Of a DNA stretch of 64,000 nucleotides, positions 41,836 to 54,396 are shown piece after piece. This stretch comes from Octopus sinensis (Eukaryota): contig NC_043001.1 of NCBI RefSeq assembly GCF_006345805.1, positions 130,572,001 through 130,636,000 on the forward strand. Direction: 5' to 3'. Every line of letters starts with the position of its first letter. Position 1 is the stretch's first letter. The position numbers and the translations under genes are program-made. The notes under the pieces were generated by a model. It did not search any database. It saw nothing but the letters and a program-made list of their open reading frames with translations, and had not been told where the DNA came from.

Positions 41836-42660
41836 AGATGGTTGGTGATGGCTCGCTGGATCTCCTGGCTTAGGTCGGCCTTCATATTTTCCAGGTATGT
41901 CAGTAAAAAAGAGTTACTTGTTATATATATATGCACACATATGTATGTATGTATTTCTGTATGTATTACTCTCTGTTGCATTACATTTCCATACATTTAC
42001 TTCCAACTTTACATCACTTCTCAGCTTCTTTCACCTTTAATACTCTCCCTCGCAAATGTACATTTTCTGCAACACACTATCATGTGGTTGTGTATGTATG
42101 CCTGTGTATGTGTGTTTGTGTATGTGTGTTTGTATAGGTGTGTGTTACATCTACTATTATTTTAAGTGTGAAAACTTACAACATCAGGACTAAAGCTGTA
42201 TTTCTCTTACTACATCTTCCTCTCCTACCTCATTCATGTCATTATTTGCATTCCCTCTTTTGCTTTTGTGACTTATTTATTTATATCATAAAGCTATTTT
42301 GTTTTATCGTCATCACACTGTAAAATAGCATTGGGAATGTAAACCTTATCTTTTAATCAATCCTTCTATCTGCATATCCATTCATCCATTCAACCATTCA
42401 TACATTCATATAGACAACCAACCAACCCCATTTTTTGCTACCAACAAACAAGTGTCTTGCACATCCGTCAGATTCAGTTGAAATAGTGCAGGGGGAAAGT
42501 ATAACTGACAACAACTTCCTTCTACTGTTTAAGAAACTTGATACCTTTTACAAATTAATTTACAAAACCTTTCAATTAAAATGACAGTTTTCAATTTCCA
42601 AATCTCTCTGTCTCACTCTCTCTCTCTCCCTCTCTCTCTCTCTCTTTCAGCATATACATA

Positions 42661-42696
<36 letters not shown>

Positions 42697-43191
42697 CATA
42701 CATATATGTCAATCTCTTTCAGTTTCACTTTCTTGCTTCTCTTGCTACCTCTCTCCCTATCATTATACATTTAACTGCCTATATATACATATATATATAT
42801 ACAAATATAAATATATATAAATAGAAACATAGATAGATAGAAAGAGAGGGGTGACCTATATAAATATATACATATATATATATATAGGTCTTTCTTTCCC
42901 TTTCTTTTCTCTCTCTCTCTCTGTCTCTCGCTCTCTCTTACTCTCAGTCTCTTCCAAAGAGATTTCTTCAGAAATGGGGATGCAAATTAATTTAGGAATC
43001 CGGTAAAATACAAACAAGGTGGCAGAATGAATAAGCAAATTAAATAATCTCAAAGACAAAATTGTTCTCTTTCTATTTTTATTGTATCTTCTTCCTTTCT
43101 TTTGTTTTTATTTTTTCCATTCTTTTCCTTATGGATTATTTCTGTTTATGTGACTATTTTAACCTGTGTTATAAAGAGAACTAGTAGTGTG

Positions 43192-43238
<47 letters not shown>

Positions 43239-43313
43239 ATATATACATATATACATATGTATGTATGTGTATGTATATATATATATATATACATACATAT
43301 ATATATGTGTATG

Positions 43314-43344
<31 letters not shown>

Positions 43345-43376
43345 GTATGTATATACATACATATATATATATATAT

Positions 43377-43449
<73 letters not shown>

Positions 43450-43987
43450 GTATGTATATACATACATATGTATATAAGTGTATATATAAGGTTGTTTGAT
43501 ATACATAGACTCTTGAGCGATCGATATTTTATGTTTCCTATTCATTTGCACTGTTTCTTGTCAGCTTTACATTCTTTATTCATTCAAACTGTTCTGTTTT
43601 GATTTTCCTTTTAATGACAGAATATTGTATTTATTTATTTATCTTATTTACATTGTATTGTATTATATTGTATTGTATTGTATTTATTTATTCATTTATT
43701 TTGTTTCGTACATTCATTTCTTCTATTTAACAAGCTAACATCTGCTAGACAAGGTGCTGAAAGAACTTTACATAATAAATAGGTTAACAAAGTACACAAA
43801 GTCTTGACTTCTAAACCAGTGAATAATGTAAACCTGCCAGCATTTGCTGACAATGTTCAGTATTGTGCAAAAGTTTTGTCAATTCACAAAAGATTTTTCA
43901 AGAATGTGGTTCTAGTTTCTGATGAGAGATAAACGACATCCTGAATAGTACACTAGTCTACAAGAAATAACTTTCCTGGAATCACAG

Positions 43988-44250
43988 ATGATGATGATAT
44001 CATCATCATCATTGTTCGACCGTTGTCGAGACAATGGAATTTACCATGCTACGCCAGACTTCATGGTCCATCATGGCATTACGGAGGTCCTGTTGCTGGA
44101 TGCCTGTATCCCTGGAGATTACATCAGGGTAGGAGAGTGTGCGCCCTCTGGTATTGCAAGTAGATGGACATTGTTGTAGAGCTGAAAAAGAGGTTATTTC
44201 TACTCTTCTCTTCCGGAAGCCATCTACTCGCAATACCAAAGATGATGATA
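43988..44250 (-). mobile_element. RTE-clade LINE 3'-end fragment
   Basis: Minus-strand RGRTLSYPDVISRDTGIQQQDLRNAMMDHEVWRSMV* followed by a (GAT)n tail, which resembles RTE ORF C-termini. Confidence 0.7.
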
Positions 44251-45371
44251 TGATGACCACCAGCACCACCATTATCATCATTTAATCATTATCATCATTT
44301 TAATGTAGACTTGTTCCATGCTGGATTCGGTCAGACAAATGTATGTTGTGACGGAGTTTTCTATGTATGGATGTTGCTCCTGCCACCAACCTCCACCTGT
44401 TTCCAAGGGAGGGACTTTTGAGCACAGAAACAACTGGACATGTTCATGTGGAGAACTGGAAACAAGCAACACTGCATGGAGAAGCCTTTTGTTTCACAGA
44501 GAGAGAGCAACATGTTGGGTTAGTCAAGAAGCTTTTATACCGGACTGTAAGCAAATAGCCATCCCCTTCTCATTAATGAAACTGCCATTTATTAGAATCA
44601 ACATGTGATATATATGTGTTGATGCAAACACATACGTACATAAATACAGGCACATGGGAACCATGTGCTTCCCAACCACATGGTTCTAGGTTCAGTCCCA
44701 CTACATGGCACCTTGGGCAAGTGTCTTCCTCTGTAGCCTCAGGCCAACCAAAGCCTTTTGAGTGAATTTGGTAGAGGGAAATTGAAGGAAGCCTGTTGTA
44801 TACGTATGTATATATATCTGTGTGTGATTTTGTGTCTGTTTGTCCCCACCACCCCCACCATGTGACAACCAGTGCTGGTGTGTTTATGTTCTTTAACTTT
44901 GTGGTTCAGCAAAAGCGACCGATAGAATGAGTACTAGGCTTACAAAGAATAAGTCCTGGGGTCAATTTCTTTGACTAAAACCCTCTAAGGTGGTGCTCCA
45001 GCATGACCACAGTCAAATGACTGAAATAGGTAAAAGTATAAGAGAATACATACATACATACATACATGATCATGATATCTGGGGCAATAGAAATTTGTAT
45101 GACCTTAATATTTAAAGGATGATAAGCAAAACAAGATGCTCTCCTTTACAACCTTGCTACCAAGCAGGTAACCAGTCAAAATTTTTTCTAAATTAAAAGA
45201 GTAATAGAACATACATACATACAGATACACAGAGAAACACATGCACATGTGTGCGTGTGTGTGTGAGTATGTGTGTGAGAGAGAGAGATAGGGATATAAA
45301 GTAATAATGCTTGCCAAGAAAATCCTGCTGTCCAACAAAGGTTTGGCCTGTGTCAAAGTGACAGAGTAGGC

Positions 45372-45770
45372 ACCTTCGATGTGGTTATAGGAATATTTGA
45401 CAACACAGATATTTGCAACCTCATAGGATTATATACACTGCACACCTTAACAAAGAGGTTCCTGTCAGCCCATTTTGGTCTATATAGTGATGACACTATA
45501 TAGTGTCCCCAGCCATCTCTGGGGACACAAACAGGTACACCTTAGATAAGCTGAGGAAGGACTTAATTCACATACTTAGCTCCCTTGGTCTTAAAATCAA
45601 AGCTGTGCCCGATCTTATCATAGTTGACTTTTGTATGCTCCATTTGAGTACCTGTTCATACAGGCTTAACCACAAACCAAATAATAGGCTTTCATATAGT
45701 AACACATTCACCTGCCACCCACCTATTGCCTATAAGAACCTGGTGAAGGGTGTCAGTAAGAAGATTTGGA
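45372..45770 (+). pseudogene. decayed Penelope-like element (PLE) reverse transcriptase fragment
   Basis: Hand translation gives TFDVVIGIFDNTDICNLIGLYTLH...FGLYSDD (compare the PLE pattern FDVTMGSYDGAEICELVGLY..GLYRDD). After a frameshift: LDKLRKDLIHILSSLGLKI...VDF...YRLNHKPNNRLSY...HPP..KNL.K.VSKKI. Confidence 0.8.
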
Positions 45771-45798
45771 GCTTCTTCGGAAACACACCTCTCCAATA

Positions 45799-45864
45799 TT
45801 AGGGCTAGTATTAGGATTAGGGTTAGGGTTGGGGCTACAGTTAGCGTTAAGGTTAGGGTTAGTG
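45799..45864 (+). repeat. degenerate interstitial (TTAGGG)n-like tract
   Basis: 11 in-register hexamers, 4 of them perfect TTAGGG. Confidence 0.75.
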
Positions 45865-47044
45865 TCACTGTCATAAGGTCATTTGGTTTACTCCACCCTT
45901 CCCACTCAACATCAAAACCAACATGGGAAGAATCAATAGTAGATTAGTAGAAAGCATTTCATGTAATCGCATAGATATGGATGCTTATTTAATAGACAAA
46001 GCTTCAGCTCTGCATACAGTGTAAAAATGGATTTTAGCAAATGCTCCTAAACCTCACACAGGGGCTGAATGCTCATGTAGGGTTAATAGTGAGTGTTCAG
46101 TAGGTGGCTGATGCAACTCCAAGGTTGCAGTCTATTAGATAGAGGTGGTGTCAATCAGTAACAGCAGTAGTAACAACAACAACAGCACCAACAATATATC
46201 TGGCAATAACAGCAGCAACTGTAGTGATAGAACAACAACAACAACAACAGAGGCACCAACACAAGAACATATAGACAGAAATATGTTGGGTCAACTGTGG
46301 GCCCTTTTAAACTGTGACAAAATATCCACAAGGCCTCATTTAGGATCCCAGAAAGGCACAATGTTACATCTTTGGCTAACTACATATGGCATTTAAAAGA
46401 AGAGAGAATACCATACAGGATTGAATGGAAGCTCCTGGAACAGCCTGGATCATACCTGAAAAAAGGCACAAGATGCAAAATTTGAGTGGTTGAGAGGGCA
46501 AGGATCCTAAAAAATGAACTTCACTTGGAGGCCTTTTAAAATTCAAAAGATGAAGTATTTAATTGGTGCCCTCACATGATAAAATTCTTGTTAGAGACAT
46601 GGGATTCCCTGCTTGCTGACTAGGGAACACAAAACGTACATAAACTGATTCCTTCTGGACACAACTGGAACTATTCAAAGGGAGATATCTCCGTCTTCCT
46701 CTGTAGAAGCTTTTGCTTTGAAGAGATTCATGCCAGGGTTTCTTTTTTACCATCATGATGACCAAGACTGCATTGCTACTGCAATTAGTAAAGATGTTAT
46801 GTACCACTGAACAGCAGGTCTGATGAAACCAATGGTAACTTTCTAACCAGCCTGACTGATGTATGTTGTGCATCCAATTGTGTTGCATTGATCAGTGCAG
46901 TCAGGATTACATCAGGTACATACATAAAGTGGTGCCCCACTAAATATATTCAGTTCTCACAGTTGTGTTGATTTTGGTCTGTTGCATCCATGAATGGGGC
47001 TAGCTACAGCTGTCCCTATATTAAATAGTCATTACAAAATAATC

Positions 47045-47100
<56 letters not shown>

Positions 47101-47520
47101 TTGGCTGGTTGTTCATAAGTCTGAAAAAAAACACACACATGCATAAATGCAATAATACAAAGACCATCTACGGTCATGAATGACCGTAGGATTGAACCTA
47201 GTAAGTTACACTCCGAGGCACAAGTCTGGGCAAGGTTGTTTATGGAAGTCCAGCAATTGCTCATGCATATCAGCCCCTCCTATCCATGCAACCGATGTTA
47301 TCCAAGAGAAAGGCAAAGGACGATATAGCTTCACACCAGTGACATCACATCTCATTTCCATAGCTGAGTGAACTGGAGCAACATGAAATAAGGGGTTTTA
47401 CTGAAGAACACAATACACCACCTGGTTCACGAATTGAAACAACAATTATACAATGATACGAGCAACACCCAACCACTAAGTCATGTGCTTCTACACACAT
47501 ATATTATATGTATATATATA

Positions 47521-47722
47521 GTTAATCCAAACATGAAAACACAAAAAACACAACAACACGAGGACGTGGAACAAATATAGTATTATTGGATGCTCAGGAA
47601 AGAAGGAAAGAAGGAGGGTTTAGCGTTTCGAGCGGAGCTCTTCGTCGGAAACATAGGAGAAGGAAAGATCCAGAGAAGGGAAGACAGAGGAAAAAAATCG
47701 CCAACGGTACACACGCGGTCAA
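47521..47722 (-). mobile_element. short (TA)n-embedded element with a minimal hammerhead-like motif (47618-47652)
   Basis: Minus strand reads gttt-CCGACGA-A-GAGC-tcc-GCTC-GAAACGCT-aaac. A decayed homologue sits at 55347-55525 on the plus strand. Confidence 0.6.
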
Positions 47723-48048
47723 TATATATAATACAAATACTTAGTATAATATACACATACACATTCACACACACACATACATCTCTGTCTGACTATCTAT
47801 CTATTTATTTATATATCTGTGTGTATATATATATATATATATATATCATCAACATCATCGTTTAGAATCCATTCCATGCTGGAATGGGTGGACAGTTCAA
47901 CTGGGGTCTGGGAAGCCAGAATGCTGCACCAGGCCCAGTGATCTGCAATATATATATATATATATATAATATATTAGGGAATAAATCAAAAAAACTTACA
48001 GGGAAAAATTAGATTTAGGATTAAATCCAATTTTATAGTATAAATATA

Positions 48049-48093
<45 letters not shown>

Positions 48094-48103
48094 ATATATA
48101 TAT

Positions 48104-48160
<57 letters not shown>

Positions 48161-48555
48161 CACACACCACACCACACAGATAGATAAATAAAAAGATAGA
48201 TAGTCAGACAGAGATGTATGTGTGTGTGTGTATGTGAATGCATGCATACATACATACATACATACATACATACATACATACATACATACATAAATACATA
48301 CATACATATATATGTATATATATCCACTTACACACACAGAGGCAGAACAGATCATGTGTGGGTGTGGAAGACAATAAAACATATTGAGATCATTAATATT
48401 TATAGGTGTTTTACTTATTCGCCAATACAATCAAATATATCATAAAGACAGAGCGAACTGCCACTGCATATGAACAATTGATACTCTTGATACTGATGTG
48501 AGCTGGCAGCTATATAATAAGTTTATTTCAATATAGATATATGCACATAAGCAGG

Positions 48556-48661
48556 ATAGAGCTTTCTACATTTGTGTCAATGTATTATGCGTATATGTGC
48601 ATGCATATATATATATACACACATACATATATATATTTATATATTTATATATGTATGTGTT

Positions 48662-48695
<34 letters not shown>

Positions 48696-48807
48696 CACAA
48701 ACACATACATATATAAATATATAAATATATATATGTATGTGTGTATATATATATATATGTATGCACATATATGCATAATACATTGACACAAATGTAGAAA
48801 GCTCTAT
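48556..48807. repeat. palindrome of about 250 bp centred on a (TA)n run
   Basis: atagagctttctacatttgtgtcaatgtattatgc at 48556 is exactly inverted at the 48773-48807 end. The inner microsatellite blocks are also mirrored. Confidence 0.85.
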
Positions 48808-48872
48808 ATATATATATTATATATATGTATATATATATGTATATAGATACATATATACACACACACAACTCT

Positions 48873-48912
<40 letters not shown>

Positions 48913-49164
48913 GCAGCATATAAATAGATGTGTTGTACACCACATAAATATTTATATCTTTTATATTTTACTGGTTTTAGTCATTAGACATTGGCCATGA
49001 TGGAGCACTGTTGTCAAGCAATGGTAGGGGACAATATATGTGCACACCCATACATATGTACATATGTTGAAGAGCATAGGCTCAAAATGTGAAAGACTTC
49101 TCCATTTCCTGACCATTAAAATAATACACCCACTTGTTATTTCATCTGTCTGTAAATGTGAGCA

Positions 49165-49220
<56 letters not shown>

Positions 49221-49221
49221 C

Positions 49222-49642
49222 TCCTTTACTTGTTTCAGGCATTGACTGCGGCCATGCTGGAGCACCGCCTTTACGCGACAAATCGACCACAGGACACTTA
49301 TTCTTTGGAAGCCTAGTACTTATTCTATTGGTCTCTTTTGCTGAACCCGCTAAGTTACGGGGATGTAAACACACCAGCATCGGTTGTCAAACGATGTTGG
49401 GGGGACAAACACAGACACACAAACATATACATACACATATATATACATATATATAACGGGCTCTTTCAGTTCCCATTTACCAAATCCACTCGCAAGGCTT
49501 TGGTCGGCCCGAGGCCATAGTAGAAGACACTTGCCCAAGGTGACATGCAATGGGAAGGAACCTGGAACCCTGTGGTAGGTAAGCAAGCTACTTACCACAC
49601 AGTCACTCCTGTGCCTATACATATCACACAGCCACTCCTGCA
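49222..49642 (-). mobile_element. SINE family B
   Basis: Reverse-complement copy. Confidence 0.8.
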
Positions 49643-49660
49643 CCTACATGTATATATATG

Positions 49661-49887
49661 TTTTTCTTATTACCCACAAGGGGCTAAACATAGAGGGGAC
49701 AAACAAAGAAGACAAACGAATTAAGTCGATTACAACGACCCCAGTGTGTAACTGGTACTTAATTTATCGACCCCGAAAGGATGAAAGGCAAAGTCGACCT
49801 TGGCGGAATTTGAACTCAGAATGCAGCAGCGGACGAAATACCGCGGACGAAATACCGCGTGCTAACGATTCTGCCAGCTCGCTGCCT
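49661..49887 (-). mobile_element. SINE family A
   Basis: Reverse-complement copy with a 14-bp internal duplication (ggacgaaataccgc). Confidence 0.8.
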
Positions 49888-50440
49888 TTATATACATGTA
49901 TATATATACACATAATACATGTATATATACATGTATATATATACACATAATACATTGATGAACCTCTGTATGAATAGAAATCTTGTATATAAATGGACCA
50001 AGCACACAGGGGGAAGGCCATATATTTACATTGGGGCAGTGGCTGATTCAATCAAGAATCATTATTGCGACCATGTCGCTAGCTTCAAGAAAATCAATAA
50101 GAGACATTCAACATCTTTGGCCAATTTTGTGTGGTGACTGAAAGATGATAAAATTAAATATAACGTAACTTGGTCTATAGTTAGGCATGCAAAACCTTAT
50201 GATATCTTTTCCAAGAGATGCCAACTCTGCTCCAAGAACCCTTGTCTATTCTGTGGACCAATGAGAAGATCATTAATAGAATTTCTGAAAGATTCTCAGG
50301 ATGCATACATGCACAGAAATGCACTATCACACAATGCAATGAGAATAATTTTGAGTAACTGTTAATGTAATCCACCTTAAGGTATGGATAAATTAAATTT
50401 GGCTTTAACTTCCCCATTCTTATAAACACCAAGTAGCTAC

Positions 50441-50970
50441 TTGTTTATTTTGTTCCTTCTCGAGCCATGCCTGGCTCATAAGGGCCGGTTTCCCAGTTTC
50501 TTGGTGTATAGGTTCCCCAACTGGACGGGACGCCAGTCCGTCGCAGGTGAGCTACAAGATGCGGGAGGAAAGAGTGAGAGAAAGCTGTGGAGAAAGAGTC
50601 AGCAGAAGTTTCGTCATTATTTTTTGCCGGAACTGCTTGGAGCTTAGGTGTTTCACTCATAAACACACACATTGTCCGGTCTGAGATTCGAACCCGTGAT
50701 CTCTCGACCCCGAGTCTGATGCTCTAACCCAGTGCTTTTCAAACTTTTTACTGGAGCGGAACCCCAAGGAAACATTCCACTGGCTCTAGGAACTCCTGTG
50801 CAATAATTTAATAATTTTATGCACACATATCTGCACAGGAAAATTATTAAAAATTACTGCCGATTTTAGCAGTTTTGTAACTTCTTGCGGAACCCCTGGA
50901 CTGTACTGGCGGAACCCTGGTTGAAAACTACTGCTCTAACCACTAGGCCTTGTGCATCCACATGTAGCTA
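50441..50970 (-). mobile_element. tRNA-derived SINE interrupted by the hAT MITE
   Basis: Tail gagccaggcatggctcgagaaggaacaaa, also seen at 15990-16200. The head is split at ctctaacc. Confidence 0.75.
50730..50933. mobile_element. hAT-family MITE with 8-bp TSD
   Basis: TIRs CAGTGCTTTTCAAAC / GGTTGAAAACTACTG, with an exact 8-bp duplication ctctaacc at 50722-50729 and 50934-50941. Confidence 0.88.
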
Positions 50971-51732
50971 CTTAACTCGCTATGTGAAAGCATGTGTGCT
51001 AAACCACACATATGTATGCTTACATCAGCATGGCTGTTTGTATGAATGAAGATACATGCATCGTAAAGCTACGCAAGGGCATTTATACATCCATATCTGT
51101 CAATGGTTATACTAAATACTTTTTTCACGGTATTGCATGATGGTTTCTTTTTTGCATCTGTTATTTTAGTATTGATCTTCTAAATAAATGCGGCTATATC
51201 CTTTAATCAGTTTCTCTGATCCTCTTCTAGTAGAAGCTGATCAGAGAAACTGTAAACCAAATTCCTTTTTTTACTATTTGCATTTCTCCCTTGTTTTCAG
51301 TATGACTTGTCAACCACCACTAAAATTAATGAACTTTGTACATTCGAACAAATTGATATACAGTTTTAATATTATTGACTGCTATAAACATTCGAACTTA
51401 CACCTGTCCTCCTAATTTATAATGCTAAATTTATCTGTTTTGAACATGTTAATTTATCAACATTCAAACATTTTAGTTTGTCAACATTGAAACATTTTAA
51501 TTTGTTAACATTGAAACTTTTAAGATGTTTTTCTAATTAATAATTTTAAAATTTTACCATTGATAAACAAAAACTATTGTTGTAACTAATTTGGTATATA
51601 TGTAAATAAATGTATTTTAAATATTTACAAGTTTTTGAAATTTAGGTGCATTTTCAACTACACATTTTCCTATATTTTTTCCTGTGTGGAAACACCACCC
51701 CATCTTTTGCTATATATATATATATATATATA

Positions 51733-52065
51733 TATCATATGTAGAAAAATACAAACTGGAACAAGATCGTAAAACATTTAGAAGACGATACAAAAAACAC
51801 GGACAGGACATTCGAAGCCTTCAATCTTCAGTCAAGAACCGGATCATCCTCGCAATTTCGGCTGATTAATCTTGAGACTGCTCAGATCCGGCCAGCCCCA
51901 AGGAAAAACTAAGCTATGAGCATTAGATTTCTTGGAAAAAGGATCGAATGTATACGAAACAAGGACAGAAAAACGGACGATGTCACACGAATATAAATAC
52001 AAAAAATAATAATAGTAATAACAGGACAAAAACAGCAGGTGTCTTACGACTTTAAGGACAACAAG
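51733..52065 (-). mobile_element. (TA)n-adjacent element with degenerate hammerhead-like fold(s)
   Basis: Minus strand reads ggccggat-CTGAGCA-gtct..agcc-GAAA-ttgcgaggat-g-atccggtt (8-bp stem I), followed by CTGAAGA...CTTCGAATGTC. Confidence 0.45.
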
Positions 52066-52463
52066 CATTAAGGCATGGTAAACATCTCAAGCTGTATGTA
52101 TTATTACTATTGGAACAAATTCTAAGTATTTAACAATTATATATCTGCTATATCTGCAATGGCTCTATAACTACCATCTTGACTATGACCCTGGAGCCCT
52201 AGCAATCCATTACAGAACGTACCTAGTGTACCTAATCATTTAGATCACCTGTGAACTAAACCCCCATAATTTGTATGTATATATATATATATATATATAT
52301 ATAGCGGAAGTGTGTATAATTATGAATAAATCACAATTATAATGGAGAGGGTTGCAAAAATCCATACATGTCTAGAAATAGCAGTCAAAAGCACTATAAA
52401 GCCATTATAAACCCTCATATTCGATCTCTTCTCAATAAATATATATATATTTATATATATAAA

Positions 52464-52509
<46 letters not shown>

Positions 52510-53014
52510 AATGTATATGTATGTGTGTATAGATATATGCCTATATATACATATACATATATATACACATATTTATATACACACACACACATATATATAT
52601 AGAGAGAGAGAGAGAGATGCAAACACATACACACATGCATATAAATACATGCATAGATACAAATGCACACACACATATATTTGCTTGTTTTCTTCTGTTT
52701 TATTATATAACTATATAAAAGTATATAATACATCCTTATACATTCTTATACTGGAATGTCATATGTACAGTATGTCTCTATGTTAATCAAGATAAGAAAT
52801 TCATACATAAATGGCTCAGGCAGTCAACCTAGTCTTTCCAAAGATACTCATCATATAAGCATATAATCCTTGTAATATAGACATTTAGAAAGACATATAA
52901 TATGTGTATCTACATACAATAAATATATTTAAACATATACACTCGCATGTACTTATATTTATATATATATGTATGTATATATATATGTATATATATATAT
53001 AATATATATATATA

Positions 53015-54396
53015 TGGTTGACAAAATTTCCCTCTCTGTCTCCACGATAATCCAGCGTTTACAATACTTTTTTCGTCTGGCGTTAACAGCCTTCTTATCT
53101 TGTTCTCCTTGTCTTGTCTCTCATGTTATATATTTATTTTTCCACTGTTTATATATATATTTTTTACTGTTTATATGTTGTACTGTCGTTACCGTCTTGC
53201 CTTTTTTTTACCCCTCTGCGAAAAGATCTCAGATTTTAATGATTTGCTTTTCGCGGGAAGGAATTTTTCTTCGAAGTATACGTCTCGCTTTTATCCTTCG
53301 AAACGTTAGTAGATGAAATCTTAGCGACTGAAGAAGGGGGGTTTTTTCGTTGGCTTATTGTCCTGTATCTCTCCTTTTTTTTGCTTGTCTTGTTCCTTGG
53401 TTTGTGTCTATGTGTTCGTCTCTCTATGTGTTCGACGTCTTTTTGGTGTCCTGTACACATATATGCGTGTATATGTACATGTAGAGGTAGGTACGTACAT
53501 ATATGTTATATATATGCATATATTCTATTTTATTAACATATTATACGATTAAACGCACGCACCCTACTAAGTAAGATTGTTCTGTTTATCAAGTTAGCCT
53601 TGATATTAAATCTCACGCGACTCTGCATCTTTCTTTCTTTCCTCTCCCATTCCCTTTTTCGTCTTTTTTCCTCACTTAAACTTGTCTCTTCCTCTCTCTC
53701 TCATTCTTCATTCTCTCTCTCCCTTTCACCATCTTCATGGTCTCTCACACCCATTCCCCTTCTTCTCTCTCTCTTCCTCTTGCTCCTCCTCCCCCATTCC
53801 CGTCATCCATCTGCGACGATACTTCCGTCGTAACTGCTATCCTGTCTTTCTCTCCGCCTTGCAAGGCTTCTGGTTGACAAAATTTCCCTCTCTGTCTTCC
53901 ACGATAATCCAGCGTTTACAATACTTTTTTCGTCTGGCGTTAACAGCCCTTCTTATCTTGTTCTCCTTGTCTTGTCTCTCACTGTTATATATTATTTTTC
54001 CACTGTTTATTAATATATTTTTACTGTTTATATGTTTGTACTGTCGTTACCGTCTTGCCTTTTTTTTTACCCCTCTGCGAAAAGATCTCAGAATTTTAAT
54101 TGATTGCCTTTTTCGCGGGAAAGGATTTTTCTTCGAAGTATACGTCTCGCTTTTATCCTTCGAAACGTTTAGTAGATGAAATCTTAGCGACTGAAGAAGG
54201 GGGGGTTTTTCGTTGTGCTTATTGTCCTGTATCTCTCCCTTTTTTTGCTTGTCTTGTTCTTGGTTGTGTCTATGTGTTTCGTCTCTCTATGTGTCGACGT
54301 CTTTTTGGTGTCCTGTACACATATATGCGTGTATATGTACATGTAGAGGTAGGTACGTACAATATGTTTATATATATGCATATATTCTATTTTATT

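Larger units (their letters stand above)
38714..41920 (-). mobile_element. 5'-truncated CR1-clade non-LTR retrotransposon (LINE), young copy with frameshifted ORF2
   Basis: Minus-strand APE endonuclease, then RT, then a 3' UTR ending in short tandem (atctaagttttt) repeats next to (TA)n. The 5' end breaks off in what looks like the C-terminus of ORF1 at about 41920. GC content is visibly higher than the flanks. Confidence 0.92.

Noticed and set aside
42945-43005. CCAAAGA-gatttc-ttca-gaaat...caaattaattt
   Set aside because: Resembles the variant core but the downstream architecture does not close.
43102-43602. YI/IY-repeat ORFs here and at many other loci
   Set aside because: Read-through of (TA)n/(CA)n microsatellites.
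46625-46830. Open stretch FLLDTTGTIQREISPSS...FMPGFLFYHHDDQDCIATAISKD
   Set aside because: Short, bounded by stops, no convincing splice sites or family match.
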